64,000 nt of DNA, taken from the NCBI GenBank assembly GCA_004764695.1, contig SMSO01000032.1, positions 6,418,483-6,482,482 on the forward strand, given 5' to 3'. The position numbers were made by a program, and so were the translations under genes. Position 1 is the first letter of the stretch. Each line of letters starts with the position of its first letter. This document shows, piece by piece, positions 31,652 to 43,667 of the stretch. The DNA is from Schizochytrium sp. TIO01. Taxonomy: Eukaryota; Protista; Bigyra: Labyrinthulomycetes. The notes under the pieces were generated by a model. The model was not told the origin of the DNA, ran no database searches, and worked only from the letters and a program-made list of their open reading frames with translations.

Positions 31652-34600
31652 CAAGGAGTCAATAAATGAACGAAGAAATGAGTAGTAAGATGAACGAGCG
31701 AAACACTGCGCAGGTCTGCGCACACCTCAGCAGTGGAAGAGGCAGCAAACTCGATCAACGCTACAGCTAGCGAAGCAAAAATGATTCACTCGCGCTTCTC
31801 GCAAGTCCGCTCAAGGGTCCGACAGCCAAGGTTGAGCGAGCGAGTGGGCTCTGTAGCTGCCTTTCAAGTCAATAATCGCGACCAGGTAAAACGTGCGCAG
31901 CACGTGCCGCACTATAACCTACTTTATGTTTATACTTTCTACTTCAAGATAGTTTATTCTATACTGTATTCAATTCTTTATTTCACTTGCGCATGTCTGT
32001 TTGGTTTGACGTGGCTGTGGGAGGTGCGCACCTCCGGGCGCACACCCTAATGTCAGGCGTGTTTCCTTCAATTTCCTGGATATTCATTACCATATCTTAG
32101 GCGGAAACAGAGTCCAGTCAATAATTCAATCCTTCTTCAGGAACGCAGTTTCCAACTTCGTACAATCGATGAATAAGCAATCGTTTTTCATGGCTGAAAC
32201 AGGTTTTACTTCAAACTTGCTCGCTTAATGCGAAGGCAAAAGGCGCCAACCATACGATCGTCATGGACTTGATGTTTGAGAATTAAAAATGGGTTTCACT
32301 TTGCCGAGTTTCATCCAATCCGAAACGGACCCAGGAGATGGGCTTGCAAGCGCGTGGCTAGGTACCTACCTAGGGGTAACAGGAGTAGTATTCTGAAGAA
32401 AAAGTTGCGAAAACTGACGAAGAATTGGACAGTGCAATTTGCACAATCTACCGAAGTATAACAGCTAAGTGTGCTAACTTGCAATACAATCGAAAGCCAC
32501 AAATTGGCATCCGGGACAGGCCGTCTCCTTTTGTCTCGCAATGGCCAATTACCTAGGTAGGTAGTACCTTGTAGGACTGATGTGACTTGCCAAAATCCAT
32601 TTGTGTTTGCCTTAGTGTTCATGCTTGTCTAAATGCAGGGAAACGACGCACCAAGAAGGAGATTTAGTCTAGTCATGGTTAGATACAATGCTAATAGACA
32701 AGTTGAAAAATTCGGGTAATACGATCCGATACCAGCTGAAGTTAAAGAGCTACTTGTGATAACACAGAGCGACGGGCTCTTTGCTTAGTTGCTTGGTCCA
32801 AGATTGACCTCGAGTTCGTTTATTGTCTTGGACAAGAACATGCCGTTGAAGATAAGCACCACTCACAAGGTATCAACAAAGTATATTTGAGGTTTCATCT
32901 ACATCCAAAGAAGTGAAAAGGCTAAAAAGTCATGGTCACAAGAAGCAACTTATATCAAAACATTGTGGGGGAAATACATCTTTATTGCTGATTGTAAAAC
33001 ATTATAATAGCAACATTTAACCATTCTGCCGATGTCTATAACGGCCAAGCTTGCAGATTACACGCTAATTTAAAAGAGCGATGTTGTCATCTGAAGAAAC
33101 ATCAATCGTGTTTATATCAAGAAAACACAAACCGACCAGAATGTATAAATGTGTATTTCAACAGCGGACTAGTCTTTGGCTCACGATTTGAAAATTTGAC
33201 ATTACAAACTGTAGGTTAGCCGTATTTCTTCGTCCTGCTATACAACGCATTTATGCATTTCGTTTCTTTTTAGCCTCGTAATCAGGGTCCAAGATAAAAT
33301 AGAAATGTAGAATAAGACGAAAATAAATTCAAGAGCTGTTTGCCCTCAACTTCTTTAAGTTGAAATTACAACAACGCTCCTGAACAGTCGCAAACGATCA
33401 CATACAATGAATTTGATGCACATGACAATAACAAGTCGTAGATCTTTCATAAGTATGACTCAAAGCGATGTTGCAAAATATGATCCCAATACTACTACGA
33501 CCTAGTTTGGAAGGTCTGAATTTTAACGCAGATCAGACATGGCCCTTTACATCTTTTTATTAGTCAAGGAATAAAATTGAGCGCTGTTCACGTCAAAATT
33601 TTATAACGCGCAACTGCCACCATGTCACGCAAGGGCAAACTCAACTGCTGTTATTATGGTAGATAATATGAGGTTCCCTCCCACCTTCTCTTGAAAAGTT
33701 GGTAGGAACCACTTTTGTTAAGGTAACCTTTTGGGTATCATCAACACGATGACAAGCACACAATTTTAGACGGAGAAAAGCAGAGTTGCATTGAGAAATC
33801 TTAAAATATCGCTCTTCTCTCAATTCAAGTCAGAATTCAGGATTCATGGATTGTGCTTATTACCTCACATTGGCATAATGTCGAGGTAGCAGAACTTAAC
33901 TTGACTATTTCAATAACATTCTAGTAGTACTTTTTCCCTATCCTGAAAGCCATCCCTAACTTGAATATAATATAATATAATATAGAGTCGTAGGCCTATG
34001 CCTAAGTACCTACTTTCAAGTTGAGCGTGTGAATCTAAAATGAGGGATACACGAGCTTAATTAAAGGTAATTGCGATTCTCGACTTCCAGCTCGGCTGGC
34101 TCTCAAGCCATCAGCTCGCTATCTCTTTTGAAAACACCGTGATTCTTCAAATCCTCCAACTCTTCAAGTTATCGTCCTGCTTTTAATTGAACACAGAAGC
34201 CCTTGAACTGTCTAGTTATGGACGTTAACCTTGAGTTCGGCCTCAGCAGACCTTACTTGGTGCAGAAAACTACTGACTAGGTAGGTAGTAAAAATGCTTA
34301 TTTTCAATTTAAAAAAAAGAATATATATGTATTTATTGTTAAAAATAAAATTTTAAAAATGTAAGTATATATGTTGCACTCGAAGACAGGGCTGAGGTCG
34401 TTCGTTATTCATGCTCATACATCGATAGCTGTTAAGGCTTACTTTGTTTACCTCAGGTTTCAATGTGGGGGATACATCCGTTCATATTTACGGCTTCGCA
34501 AATGTAGACTGTCACTTCTTTGAAAAGTAAAAATAAGTTGTCCATGAGAGAAATAGGACATGTGTGCAAACTTAATCATCCACCTTAACTATTAAATAAA

Positions 34601-35135
34601 TAATTATTTAACTGATAATATTTGAGGGATATTTAAGGTAATTGAGTGCACACATGCACGTGCTAGCTGGACACTCGCTACTAATAGTTGCAGACTCTCT
34701 CTCATCTATCCACGGATCCACTCCGCGCTGTTATAATCTGAAGCAGTTGGTCATGGAGGGCATCAACGAGCACCATGATATCACGAGATGGTAAATACTA
34801 TACTGGGTCACCGTTCTGGGATGGCGCAGCCTTTGGCCTTAGAAAGAAGGCCTGAAAGAGGGAGAGACTGGTCCTAGATGCTTTTATTTATTTTAGTTAC
34901 TGACTGTTAGAAAAACAAAAGAAGAAGCCTGAAATAGCTGGAAATCAACATCAAAAGTGGCCATAGAGATCAATCGAAAATATAAAAAGATGATTGTGGT
35001 AATCGAGTAGCAGCTAGCTGGCTGCCTATCCCCTGCTTGGACGAGGCTGTAGAAGAATCTCAGTTTTTCGTGCGTCTAAGGTTTGCTTCGGGTGTGTACA
35101 TACCTCCTTCTTTAAGAAAAAAAGTTGATTTTAAA

Positions 35136-35140
<5 letters not shown>

Positions 35141-35170
<30 letters not shown>
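35141..35170. repeat. (TA)15 within an AT-rich island
   Basis: Read directly. Confidence 0.95.
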
Positions 35171-35176
<6 letters not shown>

Positions 35177-35870
35177 TTATTTTTCAAATAAATATAATAT
35201 ATGTAACATTTAGAATCATTCTTTTTGAAAAAATTAATAATAAATAAACAAAGACTTTCTTATATTTTTTAATTCTTTACTTTCAAGTTGAGATTCTTGG
35301 GTTTTGCCCATTTTGTTGGCTTTAGGTGCAATGGCTCAACTTGGTCCTCGCGTGGCTGACCACAATGATCTATATCTATAAACCTAAACAATTCTAGTGC
35401 ATTCCGCTTCTTTTGAGTCAATTTAACGTGTTCTGTGCCACATTGCTAACCCTAGTGTTATCATCTATCATAGAACTTATGAATGACTCCTTCTTTTTCC
35501 TAGCATGTGTGAACTTGAAGAAGAAATTAAAGAAAGCACCCTGCTTCGTTCACAAAACCTGATCATTCTTCAGCATTTTCAATTAGCATTTTTTAGTTCT
35601 CTCGTGCAGAAAAATAAAGCTGGGTAATAGGCACCATCTATGCTTTAAACTAAGACATTTGGTTAGTTTCTCACTTAGTATTTCTAACAATCGGGCCTAC
35701 CTTCCTGCTATCAACTATTCACGTGCCCCGCTCACACGCGCACTTTTTTTCTCAGATCTCTCCACTGTCAAAGAAGTGTTTGTTGCGCCTTTATTTGTAG
35801 AGAGTAAAAGTTCACTCATTTGCTTTGAATTCAATGAACTAATAGCCACGCTGCTCGTTTGCGAGTCTTG

Positions 35871-38861
35871 ATGGCAGCAGAACCCGTAGTCGGCTCATCG
35901 CTACGAGGAGGAGGACGCGCGAGCGTGGAGTCGGTGGGTCCTGCGGGGATCTCGGGCTTGTTTAGAGAGATGTCTTCTTCAGACGATGGCATACAAGACG
36001 AGACGACCAACCGCACACAGGCAGAGATCGATCAGGACCGCGTTGAGGGCATCTCGTGGCTGTACTGTCTCGTGTTCCCCAACCCCATTGGCAAGAAGTC
36101 AGATGAACTCAACGAGGCTCGTGAAGAGATCTTGAACGATCTCTCTGATGCTAAACTCTCGACGCACCTTTTCTACAGCAGTACCAAGCGCCAGATTTTC
36201 TGCAAGGTTGGTGCCACAGATAATCGCCTCTTGCTTGAGGCTGACATTCAAAACTACAAGCTTAAGCTTGATGAAAAGAGTATCAAACTTATCACCGAGA
36301 GCGATGTGGACGAGAAGCTCTATGGACGTTCGCCCATCTTCCTTGATTTCCCTTACCCACCTGAAGCCGATGTACCCAACCCGTTCAAGTACAAGGGCAT
36401 CGATGGCGTTTGGCATGACATGGACCAAGCCGGAATTGGTACTTACCTGATTCAAGAGACCACAATGAGCCCCTGGAAAGACTTGCATGTGCGCTACAAT
36501 GAGTCCTGGGAACGCCGTATCCTCAGAGATCACAATGTTCAGGTATACAAGACCTATTCAGACGGCACAATTTTGCGTCCTGCTGACCGCATCAAGCTCA
36601 TCAACAAGGCCCTCGATCGATCTCAGATGGCTGACCCGGAACACGGCATCCCAGGCGCAGCCCTCAACGTGTCTAAGCTTGTTTACAAGGGCCATTTACT
36701 CGCTTCTTATCCCATGCAGCTCGGCACCTCACGTGAGTCATCTAAAGAGATGACACCGGACCAACTTTACGAAGAGTGGAACCGTTGGAAGCGTATGCCG
36801 TGGCAGCAGCCGCTTGAGCGCATTCGTAACTATGCAGGCGAGAAAGTTGCGCTCTATTTTGCGTTTCTTGGTCACTATACAATGTGGCTAGTCCCCCCCG
36901 CCGTAATTGGTACAGCAATTTTCATTCACCAGCTAGTTCAGCTGAAAAAGGACACCGGCAATGTCAACATTGTTGGCGCCGGAACCGCTACGATCATTGA
37001 GTCGTGGGAGATGATAGAACTCCCAGATGGTAACTACTACAATCAAACCACCTACGAGACAGAGCTTTTCACACTGGTACCAGAATCTCCTTTCTTCGCT
37101 CTCTTTATTGCTCTTTGGGCGTCTGTTTTAGTGGAATTTTGGAAGCGGAAGGAGGCCCGCTTGGCCCTTCGTTGGGGTATGAGCGACTATGAGCGTCAAT
37201 CGAACACTCGTGTTGAGTTCAAGGCTTCAGAGATTGTCCCTAATCCAGCCACAGGAGAACCTATGGAGTATTATCCTAGGTCCAGTCTCGTTTCTAAAAT
37301 CGTTGTGTCTGCCTCTGTGATCGCGTTTGCTATCATCGTTGTTATTGCTGCAATTGTCGGTATTCTCATTCTCAAGGTGGTAGCATCTGCTCCAGAATAC
37401 AGCACTGGTGTCATTCCCGAGAGTCTTGCCCCACAGCTCGCCCTTGTAGTCAACGCCGTCGTCATTCTCATCCTCGGTAATGCTTATAAGTCTGTGGCAC
37501 GCTTGCTCACCAACTGGGAGAATTGGCGTACGAACATCCAGTGGGAAGATGCTCTCATCACCAAAACATTTGTCTTCTCATTTGTTAACTCGTATGCTAC
37601 TCTTACGTACTTTGCCTTCATCAAGAGTGGAAGCGATATCCTCGGCATCACTCAGGTCTGTGTCAACGACGCGAATGATCTTCTCGAGGCTGCCGCTACT
37701 GACGATGATAAACAACTCATTATCAACGCCGATGTTTGCTATGGCTCCCTCGCCTATTCTCTCTTCATTATCTTCGCAACACAAATTATAGTAAACAACC
37801 TTCAGGAGGTTGGCATTCCCCTTATCATGACTTATGTGAAGAAGTTCCTAGATTTCCGCGCTTATGCTAAGGCCATTGCTCGCCGCGCTAAGGAAGCAGC
37901 AGATAATGTCCAGGTTGGTATGGAGGACATGGGCAATGCTCTAGGTGTGCAGAGGAAGACATCTGTGGGAAAGAGCGATAGCGATGAGAGTCTTGATGTC
38001 GACCTGGAAGACGCGAGCGTCCGTCAACGCATGAAGTCTCCCGTAGAATACCAGTTCTACCTTAAGAACTACGAATCGCCGTTTGACGACTATCTTGAGT
38101 TAGCTATCCAGTTTGGTTATGTATCTCTTTTCGTCGCCGCTTTCCCGATCGCTCCTTTGCTTGCTTTACTGAACAACTTCATTGAGGTTCGTGTGGATTC
38201 TTACAAGGTGTGTCTTCTGAGTCGCCGTCCGGAGCTTGAAGAAACGCAGGATATTGGAACCTGGCGCAAGATTTTTCAGCTCATTGGCTTTGCCGCGGTC
38301 CTCAGCAACGCTGCTGTCATTCTATTCTCATCGAACTTGATTGACGTCGATGATGATGTTCGTGTGTGGCTCTGGGTGCTTTTTGTTGCGGTTGTTCTCG
38401 CCATCAAGGTTTGCATTGATTATCTCGTTCCCGATATTCCGAAAGAGGTAACAATTCAGTTGGAACGCGAACACTTTCTTACTCGGCGTGTGTTTGGCCT
38501 CGAGCGCGAGACGGAGAAACTGGCCGAGGATGAAGAGCGCCGTAAGCTCGCTCGTCAATTTTCTGCGGCTCATACCATTGACTCTGTTGACCCGTATGTT
38601 ATTGAGCTTGCGGGCTACACATCAGAGCTCATTAACCAGGCAATCCAGAAGGGATGGACATGGCAGACCCTGTTTGAGAAGGCTGACACTGATTCAAATG
38701 GTGTCCTCAGCCTTAAGGAGCTGCGCGTTGCTCTTCTTGATACTCCAATCGGCGAGCACCTCTCGCGCTATGAGGTTACCATCCTGGTGAACTCTCTCGA
38801 TATCGATGGTGATGGCACCATTTCCAAGCCTGAGTTTCGTCGCCTTCTTAACTTAAATTAA
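35871..38861 (+). CDS. Anoctamin/TMEM16 family Ca2+-activated channel/scramblase with C-terminal EF-hand pair (~996 aa)
   Basis: Motifs IRNYAGEKVALYFAFL, EFWKRKEARLALRWG, FSFVNSY, DDYLELAIQFGYVSLFVAAFPIAPLLALLNNFIEVRVD, RRP..DIGTW. EF loops DTDSNGVLSLKE and DIDGDGTISKPE. First ATG is 35871; the track started at a TTG. Confidence 0.95.
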   Translation: MAAEPVVGSSLRGGGRASVESVGPAGISGLFREMSSSDDGIQDETTNRTQAEIDQDRVEGISWLYCLVFPNPIGKKSDELNEAREEILNDLSDAKLSTHLFYSSTKRQIFCKVGATDNRLLLEADIQNYKLKLDEKSIKLITESDVDEKLYGRSPIFLDFPYPPEADVPNPFKYKGIDGVWHDMDQAGIGTYLIQETTMSPWKDLHVRYNESWERRILRDHNVQVYKTYSDGTILRPADRIKLINKALDRSQMADPEHGIPGAALNVSKLVYKGHLLASYPMQLGTSRESSKEMTPDQLYEEWNRWKRMPWQQPLERIRNYAGEKVALYFAFLGHYTMWLVPPAVIGTAIFIHQLVQLKKDTGNVNIVGAGTATIIESWEMIELPDGNYYNQTTYETELFTLVPESPFFALFIALWASVLVEFWKRKEARLALRWGMSDYERQSNTRVEFKASEIVPNPATGEPMEYYPRSSLVSKIVVSASVIAFAIIVVIAAIVGILILKVVASAPEYSTGVIPESLAPQLALVVNAVVILILGNAYKSVARLLTNWENWRTNIQWEDALITKTFVFSFVNSYATLTYFAFIKSGSDILGITQVCVNDANDLLEAAATDDDKQLIINADVCYGSLAYSLFIIFATQIIVNNLQEVGIPLIMTYVKKFLDFRAYAKAIARRAKEAADNVQVGMEDMGNALGVQRKTSVGKSDSDESLDVDLEDASVRQRMKSPVEYQFYLKNYESPFDDYLELAIQFGYVSLFVAAFPIAPLLALLNNFIEVRVDSYKVCLLSRRPELEETQDIGTWRKIFQLIGFAAVLSNAAVILFSSNLIDVDDDVRVWLWVLFVAVVLAIKVCIDYLVPDIPKEVTIQLEREHFLTRRVFGLERETEKLAEDEERRKLARQFSAAHTIDSVDPYVIELAGYTSELINQAIQKGWTWQTLFEKADTDSNGVLSLKELRVALLDTPIGEHLSRYEVTILVNSLDIDGDGTISKPEFRRLLNLN

Positions 38862-40326
38862 GCGCTCGCAACGGATGCGCTCGTTTTCTTGTTAAAAGTG
38901 GTTTTGACTCCGCAAACTGTTAGGGTTGCATTTGCCCGCTTCATCAAAGCAAAACCTGGTCATTCCATTTCATCACCCTCGCCAATGTTACTTTTACCCT
39001 CGCTGTCTCCTCTGGGTGGTCATTCTCTGTTGCCGCGCACCTATAATATGTCTTCATGCACTTTGATTTGCCTTTGTTCTAGTTTTAAAAAATGGTAATC
39101 TTTAGTGTAGCGCATATTCGGGTGCTAGGCGATAGTGCCCAATATAGTTCAGCGTTTCCTCCCCATCTGTGGCTTTCTTTATGTGGCATGCTGGTTCCAG
39201 GTGCTATAAGATAGTCCTCACTTTTACTAGCTACTTTAAAACCGTCCATTGAATTCTGTTATTTGTTTTAACCTACTTGTTCAGCCTTTCCTCTCGTTTT
39301 GCAAGTGCCTTGGGAAGGGAAGGGGGAGCGAGCGACTTGGTCAATCTTTGCTTTATGGCACTTTTAGAGTTCTGCTTGAGTAATTAGAACAAAAGTTATA
39401 CGATGATATCGAGTACAAGTCTCACAGTATGGACAAAAGGGCTTTGTACAAACAGTGTGGTATGCAAAATGGCGTTAAGAGCTTTGTAACGTACTTAAGA
39501 AGCATTTGCATTGCAAGGCTTCAGACTATAAATTTAGCTTCAAACTATTTTTTTCAAAGATCATGAGATTGACTAATACAACATAAGTAACGGTAGCTTC
39601 GTGCTTAATTGCAAGTTGAAAAATAGAGATGTCAATACTTTTTCAAAGTCATCACTGTAAAAGCAACAACCAAAAAGTAAGTAAGATCTTGTTATTAAAA
39701 AAAAATAGAAAAGACTTCGATTTTTATTTTCGTCCGGTGCCGAAATTAGCAATTTCTTCTGTGTGCGGTATCGAACGGGACAGATTAGCAGAAAAAGAAA
39801 ACAATAACATTAAACAGCAAAGGAATAAATATCGCAAGATGAGGTAGGTCTACAACTAAAACAGAAGAATAATAAAATTGAACTGCAAATGATGTAAAAA
39901 CATGACGACTGTCATCCAAAAATGTGTTTTGTTTGTTTGTAATGGTAGGCATGGTTAGCTACTTATAAAAGTTGTGGTAATGGGGAAAGAAAGTCTGATT
40001 GTGTATGTAAGGGGGGGGGGTATTGATCGACAATTGTATCGATACCTGTAGGTTGAGGTGGAGAAACATAGGCTGCCGAACAGTAATTAATAAGGCATTG
40101 GCAATAGCAAAATGTGAACTGTAAAAGTTGAGAAGGATCTTACACCTCTCAGCTGCTCAAGTTCACCCCTTTCCCACTTGAAAAGCAATTTTCAGAAGAG
40201 AAACGGTGAGTCGAGGGTGAAGTCGGAAGCTATTCACATGGGAAAGGAGGAAGCAAGATTTAGATTCTCTGCAAAAGCAAGCGAGTATGTATGCCTGCGC
40301 GAATAGATATTCATCCATCCATGGAC

Positions 40327-41694
40327 TTAGTGATCCTGGCTCCACTTGATGCTCTTGAGGTCAATGCCCTCCTGGACCATTTCCCAGAGCGGGGACATCT
40401 CACGGAGGCGTCCAACATGCTTGACGCAGAGGTCCACAGCAAGGTCAACCTCAGCCTCGGTGGTGAAGCGACCAAGACCAAAACGAATAGAGGTGTGGGC
40501 GAGCTCTTCATCTACGCCAATGGCGCGAAGAACATACGACGGCTCGAGCGAAGCAGATGTGCACGCTGATCCAGAAGAGACTGCAATGTTCTTAAGAGCC
40601 ATGAGGAGAGACTCTCCCTCAACATAGGCAAAGGACAAGTTCAAGTTACCCGGGTAACGGTGCTCCTTGTCTCCGTTAAGAACAACCTGGTCCAGCTTGG
40701 AGGTGATACCATTGTAGAGGCGATCACTGAGGTGTTTCACCCAGCGCTCGTCATTCTCCATCTCCTGCATGGCCACACGGGCGGCAGCTCCGAGTCCTAC
40801 GACGAGAGGCGCTGCGAGGGTTCCGGATCTGAGTCCTCTCTCCTGACCTCCACCAGAGATAATGGGCTCAAGACGCACGCGAGGTCTTCTGCGAACGTAG
40901 AGTGCTCCAATACCCTTAGGACCGTAGATCTTGTGTCCAGAGATGGACATGAGGTCTGCCTTGATGTCATCAACATCGATGGGCATCTTGCCAAACATCT
41001 GTGCGATATCAGTGTGAAAGAAGACCTTGTTTTTGCGGCAGATCTCTCCGATCTTCTTAAGCGGCTGTACGACACCAATTTCGTTGTTGACGCCCATTAC
41101 GGACACGATGGAGGTCTCCGGGCGGATAGACTCCTCAAGGAGCTTGGGGTCCAACAGACCGTTCTCCTGCACGGGGAGGTATGTCACCTCAAATCCCTCG
41201 CCCTCGAGCACACGGCACGAGTCAAGCACGCACTTGTGCTCGGTCTGGGTAGTGATGATGTGGTTCTTGCGCTTCTTGTAGAACCGTGCAACACCCTTGA
41301 TGGCCAAGTTGTTGGACTCAGTGGCGCCTGACGTGAAGATAATCTCCTTTGCGCTGGCGCCCACAACGCGAGCAACGTCTGCGCGGGCCTCCTCAACGGC
41401 CTGCTCCGCGAGCCAACCGTACTCGTGTGTGCGCGAGTGAGGGTTGCCGTAGTTGTCGGTCATGAACGGCATCATGGCATCCACCACGCGAGGATCCATG
41501 GGGGTTGTGGCCTGAACGTCCAGGTAGGCGGGCTTGCCCATCATGGCCTGTCCCTTGATGGAGAACTGAGTGTCGCCCAGGGGTTCCGCAGCCGCAGAGA
41601 AGAGGCGAGCGGAGGCGCCGACGCGGGAAGACGAAGACGCGCTGGAGCGAGAAAGGGCGGCGACCCGCGCCATGCCCATGACGCCACGCATCAT
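40327..41694 (-). CDS. NFS1: Mitochondrial cysteine desulfurase (IscS/Nfs1)
   Basis: [20 protein letters not shown] lysine in [12 protein letters not shown], catalytic Cys in SSGSACTS. Arg/Ser/Ala-rich N-terminal transit peptide. Strong C/G-ending codon bias. Confidence 0.98.
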   Translation of the reverse strand: MMRGVMGMARVAALSRSSASSSSRVGASARLFSAAAEPLGDTQFSIKGQAMMGKPAYLDVQATTPMDPRVVDAMMPFMTDNYGNPHSRTHEYGWLAEQAVEEARADVARVVGASAKEIIFTSGATESNNLAIKGVARFYKKRKNHIITTQTEHKCVLDSCRVLEGEGFEVTYLPVQENGLLDPKLLEESIRPETSIVSVMGVNNEIGVVQPLKKIGEICRKNKVFFHTDIAQMFGKMPIDVDDIKADLMSISGHKIYGPKGIGALYVRRRPRVRLEPIISGGGQERGLRSGTLAAPLVVGLGAAARVAMQEMENDERWVKHLSDRLYNGITSKLDQVVLNGDKEHRYPGNLNLSFAYVEGESLLMALKNIAVSSGSACTSASLEPSYVLRAIGVDEELAHTSIRFGLGRFTTEAEVDLAVDLCVKHVGRLREMSPLWEMVQEGIDLKSIKWSQDH

Positions 41695-43287
41695 GACGCC
41701 ACAGAGAATACGGCGTGAACGGGGAAGCTGGCGGAGTGCGCTAGCGATCTGAGCGCAGAGCGAGGAGCAGATGCAGGCGGAACGGAGCCGCGGTCGGAGT
41801 TGGGTGATTGAACTCCACTACCGTGAGACCGAGCGAATGAATGAATGAATGACTGAGCTAACCACACTCACATACAACTAATATGGCAGAAAAGAAACAA
41901 AAGAAACAATTCGAATCACATTAATAATAATAATAATAACAACAACATGAAAAAATCGCAGCAAAGAAGAAAAACAAGGAGAAGAAAAACAAGGAGAAGA
42001 AGAAGAAGAAGAAGTATCCATCTAATCTATCGATCCATCGATCTATCTACGCCTGTCTATCTCTAATTTAAGAGTAGCATTCCTGCTCCATGTGATCGAT
42101 CTGTGGAGAAGAAGTTGAGAGAAAGAAGAAACAGCTTTAGGAAAGAGGGCAGAATCAGCCTGAAAGAAAAAAGAGAGTGAGTGACGATTGCTCTAACGTT
42201 AGTTATGCAAGGGCTAAGAGTGCCTAACAGAGAGAAACAAACAAAACAAACAAAGTACAAACGAATCACAATCATAAGAAAATGGAATCTCATCCACTTT
42301 TATAAACCTTAAAAAGAAAAAGAAAACCTGTTCGGGCAAGATTTCCTCTGCTTCGCTGCTTTGCTTTGCTTTCTGCAAAGGCAATGCAATGCAATGCAAA
42401 GCCAAAGCTCTCCAGAGGCCCACAAGTCGCTCTTCCAAGGCACACCAGGCAGCCTTGAGGCTCTCTTTAGCAGCAGCAGCAGCAGCAGCAGAAGAATAAG
42501 TAGTCAATGCCATTCGCTGCGATCATTCTGTAGTGCAATCAATACTGATACCATTGGCAGCCACTATGCCTCACTAGGCACCTGCTAGGACCCTCTGTTG
42601 AGACATGGCCAGGATTGGATAAATCACAGAAGCACCTCCTCCTCCTCCTCTCTCCTCTGCGTGGCGGAAGGCCAGCCTCGGTTTCCAGGGCCTCCTTGAA
42701 CACCGCATGCGATAGGCGTGGCAAACGCCAGCTCTCCACTCCACCTTCGCCGCCATCCACGGCGTCTTCGGCTTCAATTGCTCTTGGTTTCTTCGTTGCT
42801 TCATCCATTGATTCATCAATTCATTCATCTCGTCATCTCTTCAGTCGCCGTGTTCTGTTTCGTTCTCTCCCAGCGCTCATAGGAGGTGCTAGTGCCCAGC
42901 TAGCGCTTCCTCTCTCTCCTGAAATTACCAGAGCGCCAAAGTTCAATTTTAAAAAAGAACAGCGCTGCAAACTCTTCCTTGGACTAGGGCTGCACCTACC
43001 GCATACGCTAGGAGGCGGAGGCAGGTTGGAAGAAGGTGGAGGAATGAGGGTATGTTGAGGGTTTAGTTCTTTCTTCTTCTCCTTCGCTTTCTTTGAGAGC
43101 CGTGCCTCCGCAAAAGCAAAGAAGCTGGGATTTCAATGGCGCGGCGGCGCTTAGTGCCATGCCCTGAGAGAGCACGGCGTGAGGAGAGACAGAGCGACAA
43201 GCTGAGGCCGCATTTGACATAGAAATAGAAGCTGTCTTCGAATGGATCGAGAACGCCGCTTGGGCTTCCTAGGCACTTCGTTCTTTG

Positions 43288-43331
<44 letters not shown>
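43288..43331. repeat. (CTTT)11 microsatellite
   Basis: Read directly. Confidence 0.95.
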
Positions 43332-43333
<2 letters not shown>

Positions 43334-43646
43334 GCCTTTCTCTGTGTTCAATAGTAGCTCGACCCTCGAGTTCATAGGAGCGAAACGAGATACAGAGGCT
43401 GTTCTTTTTGTTCCTCTTGATGGCCTGTTTGTTTTGCTTGTGGATTGCAGAAGAAAGGGGAATTAATTAGAAAAAGTATCCCATTGAGAGATGGGATAAT
43501 TTCATGACCTGTGAGTCGCTGTGGGAGGGAGGCTAGCGATTAGGTACTGGTTACGATTAGTACAATTAGTAACTAAATTTTGATTTTAAATTCGTTTATA
43601 GATGAAATAGGATGATGTTTTATTTATTTTTTAAATAGTATTTAAC

Positions 43647-43667
43647 AAAAAAAAAAAAAAAAAAAAA
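43647..43667. repeat. Poly(A)21 tract in AT island
   Basis: Read directly. Confidence 0.9.

Noticed and set aside
40660-41331. 223-aa + strand ORF
   Set aside because: Codon-aligned antisense shadow of the strongly biased NFS1 gene.
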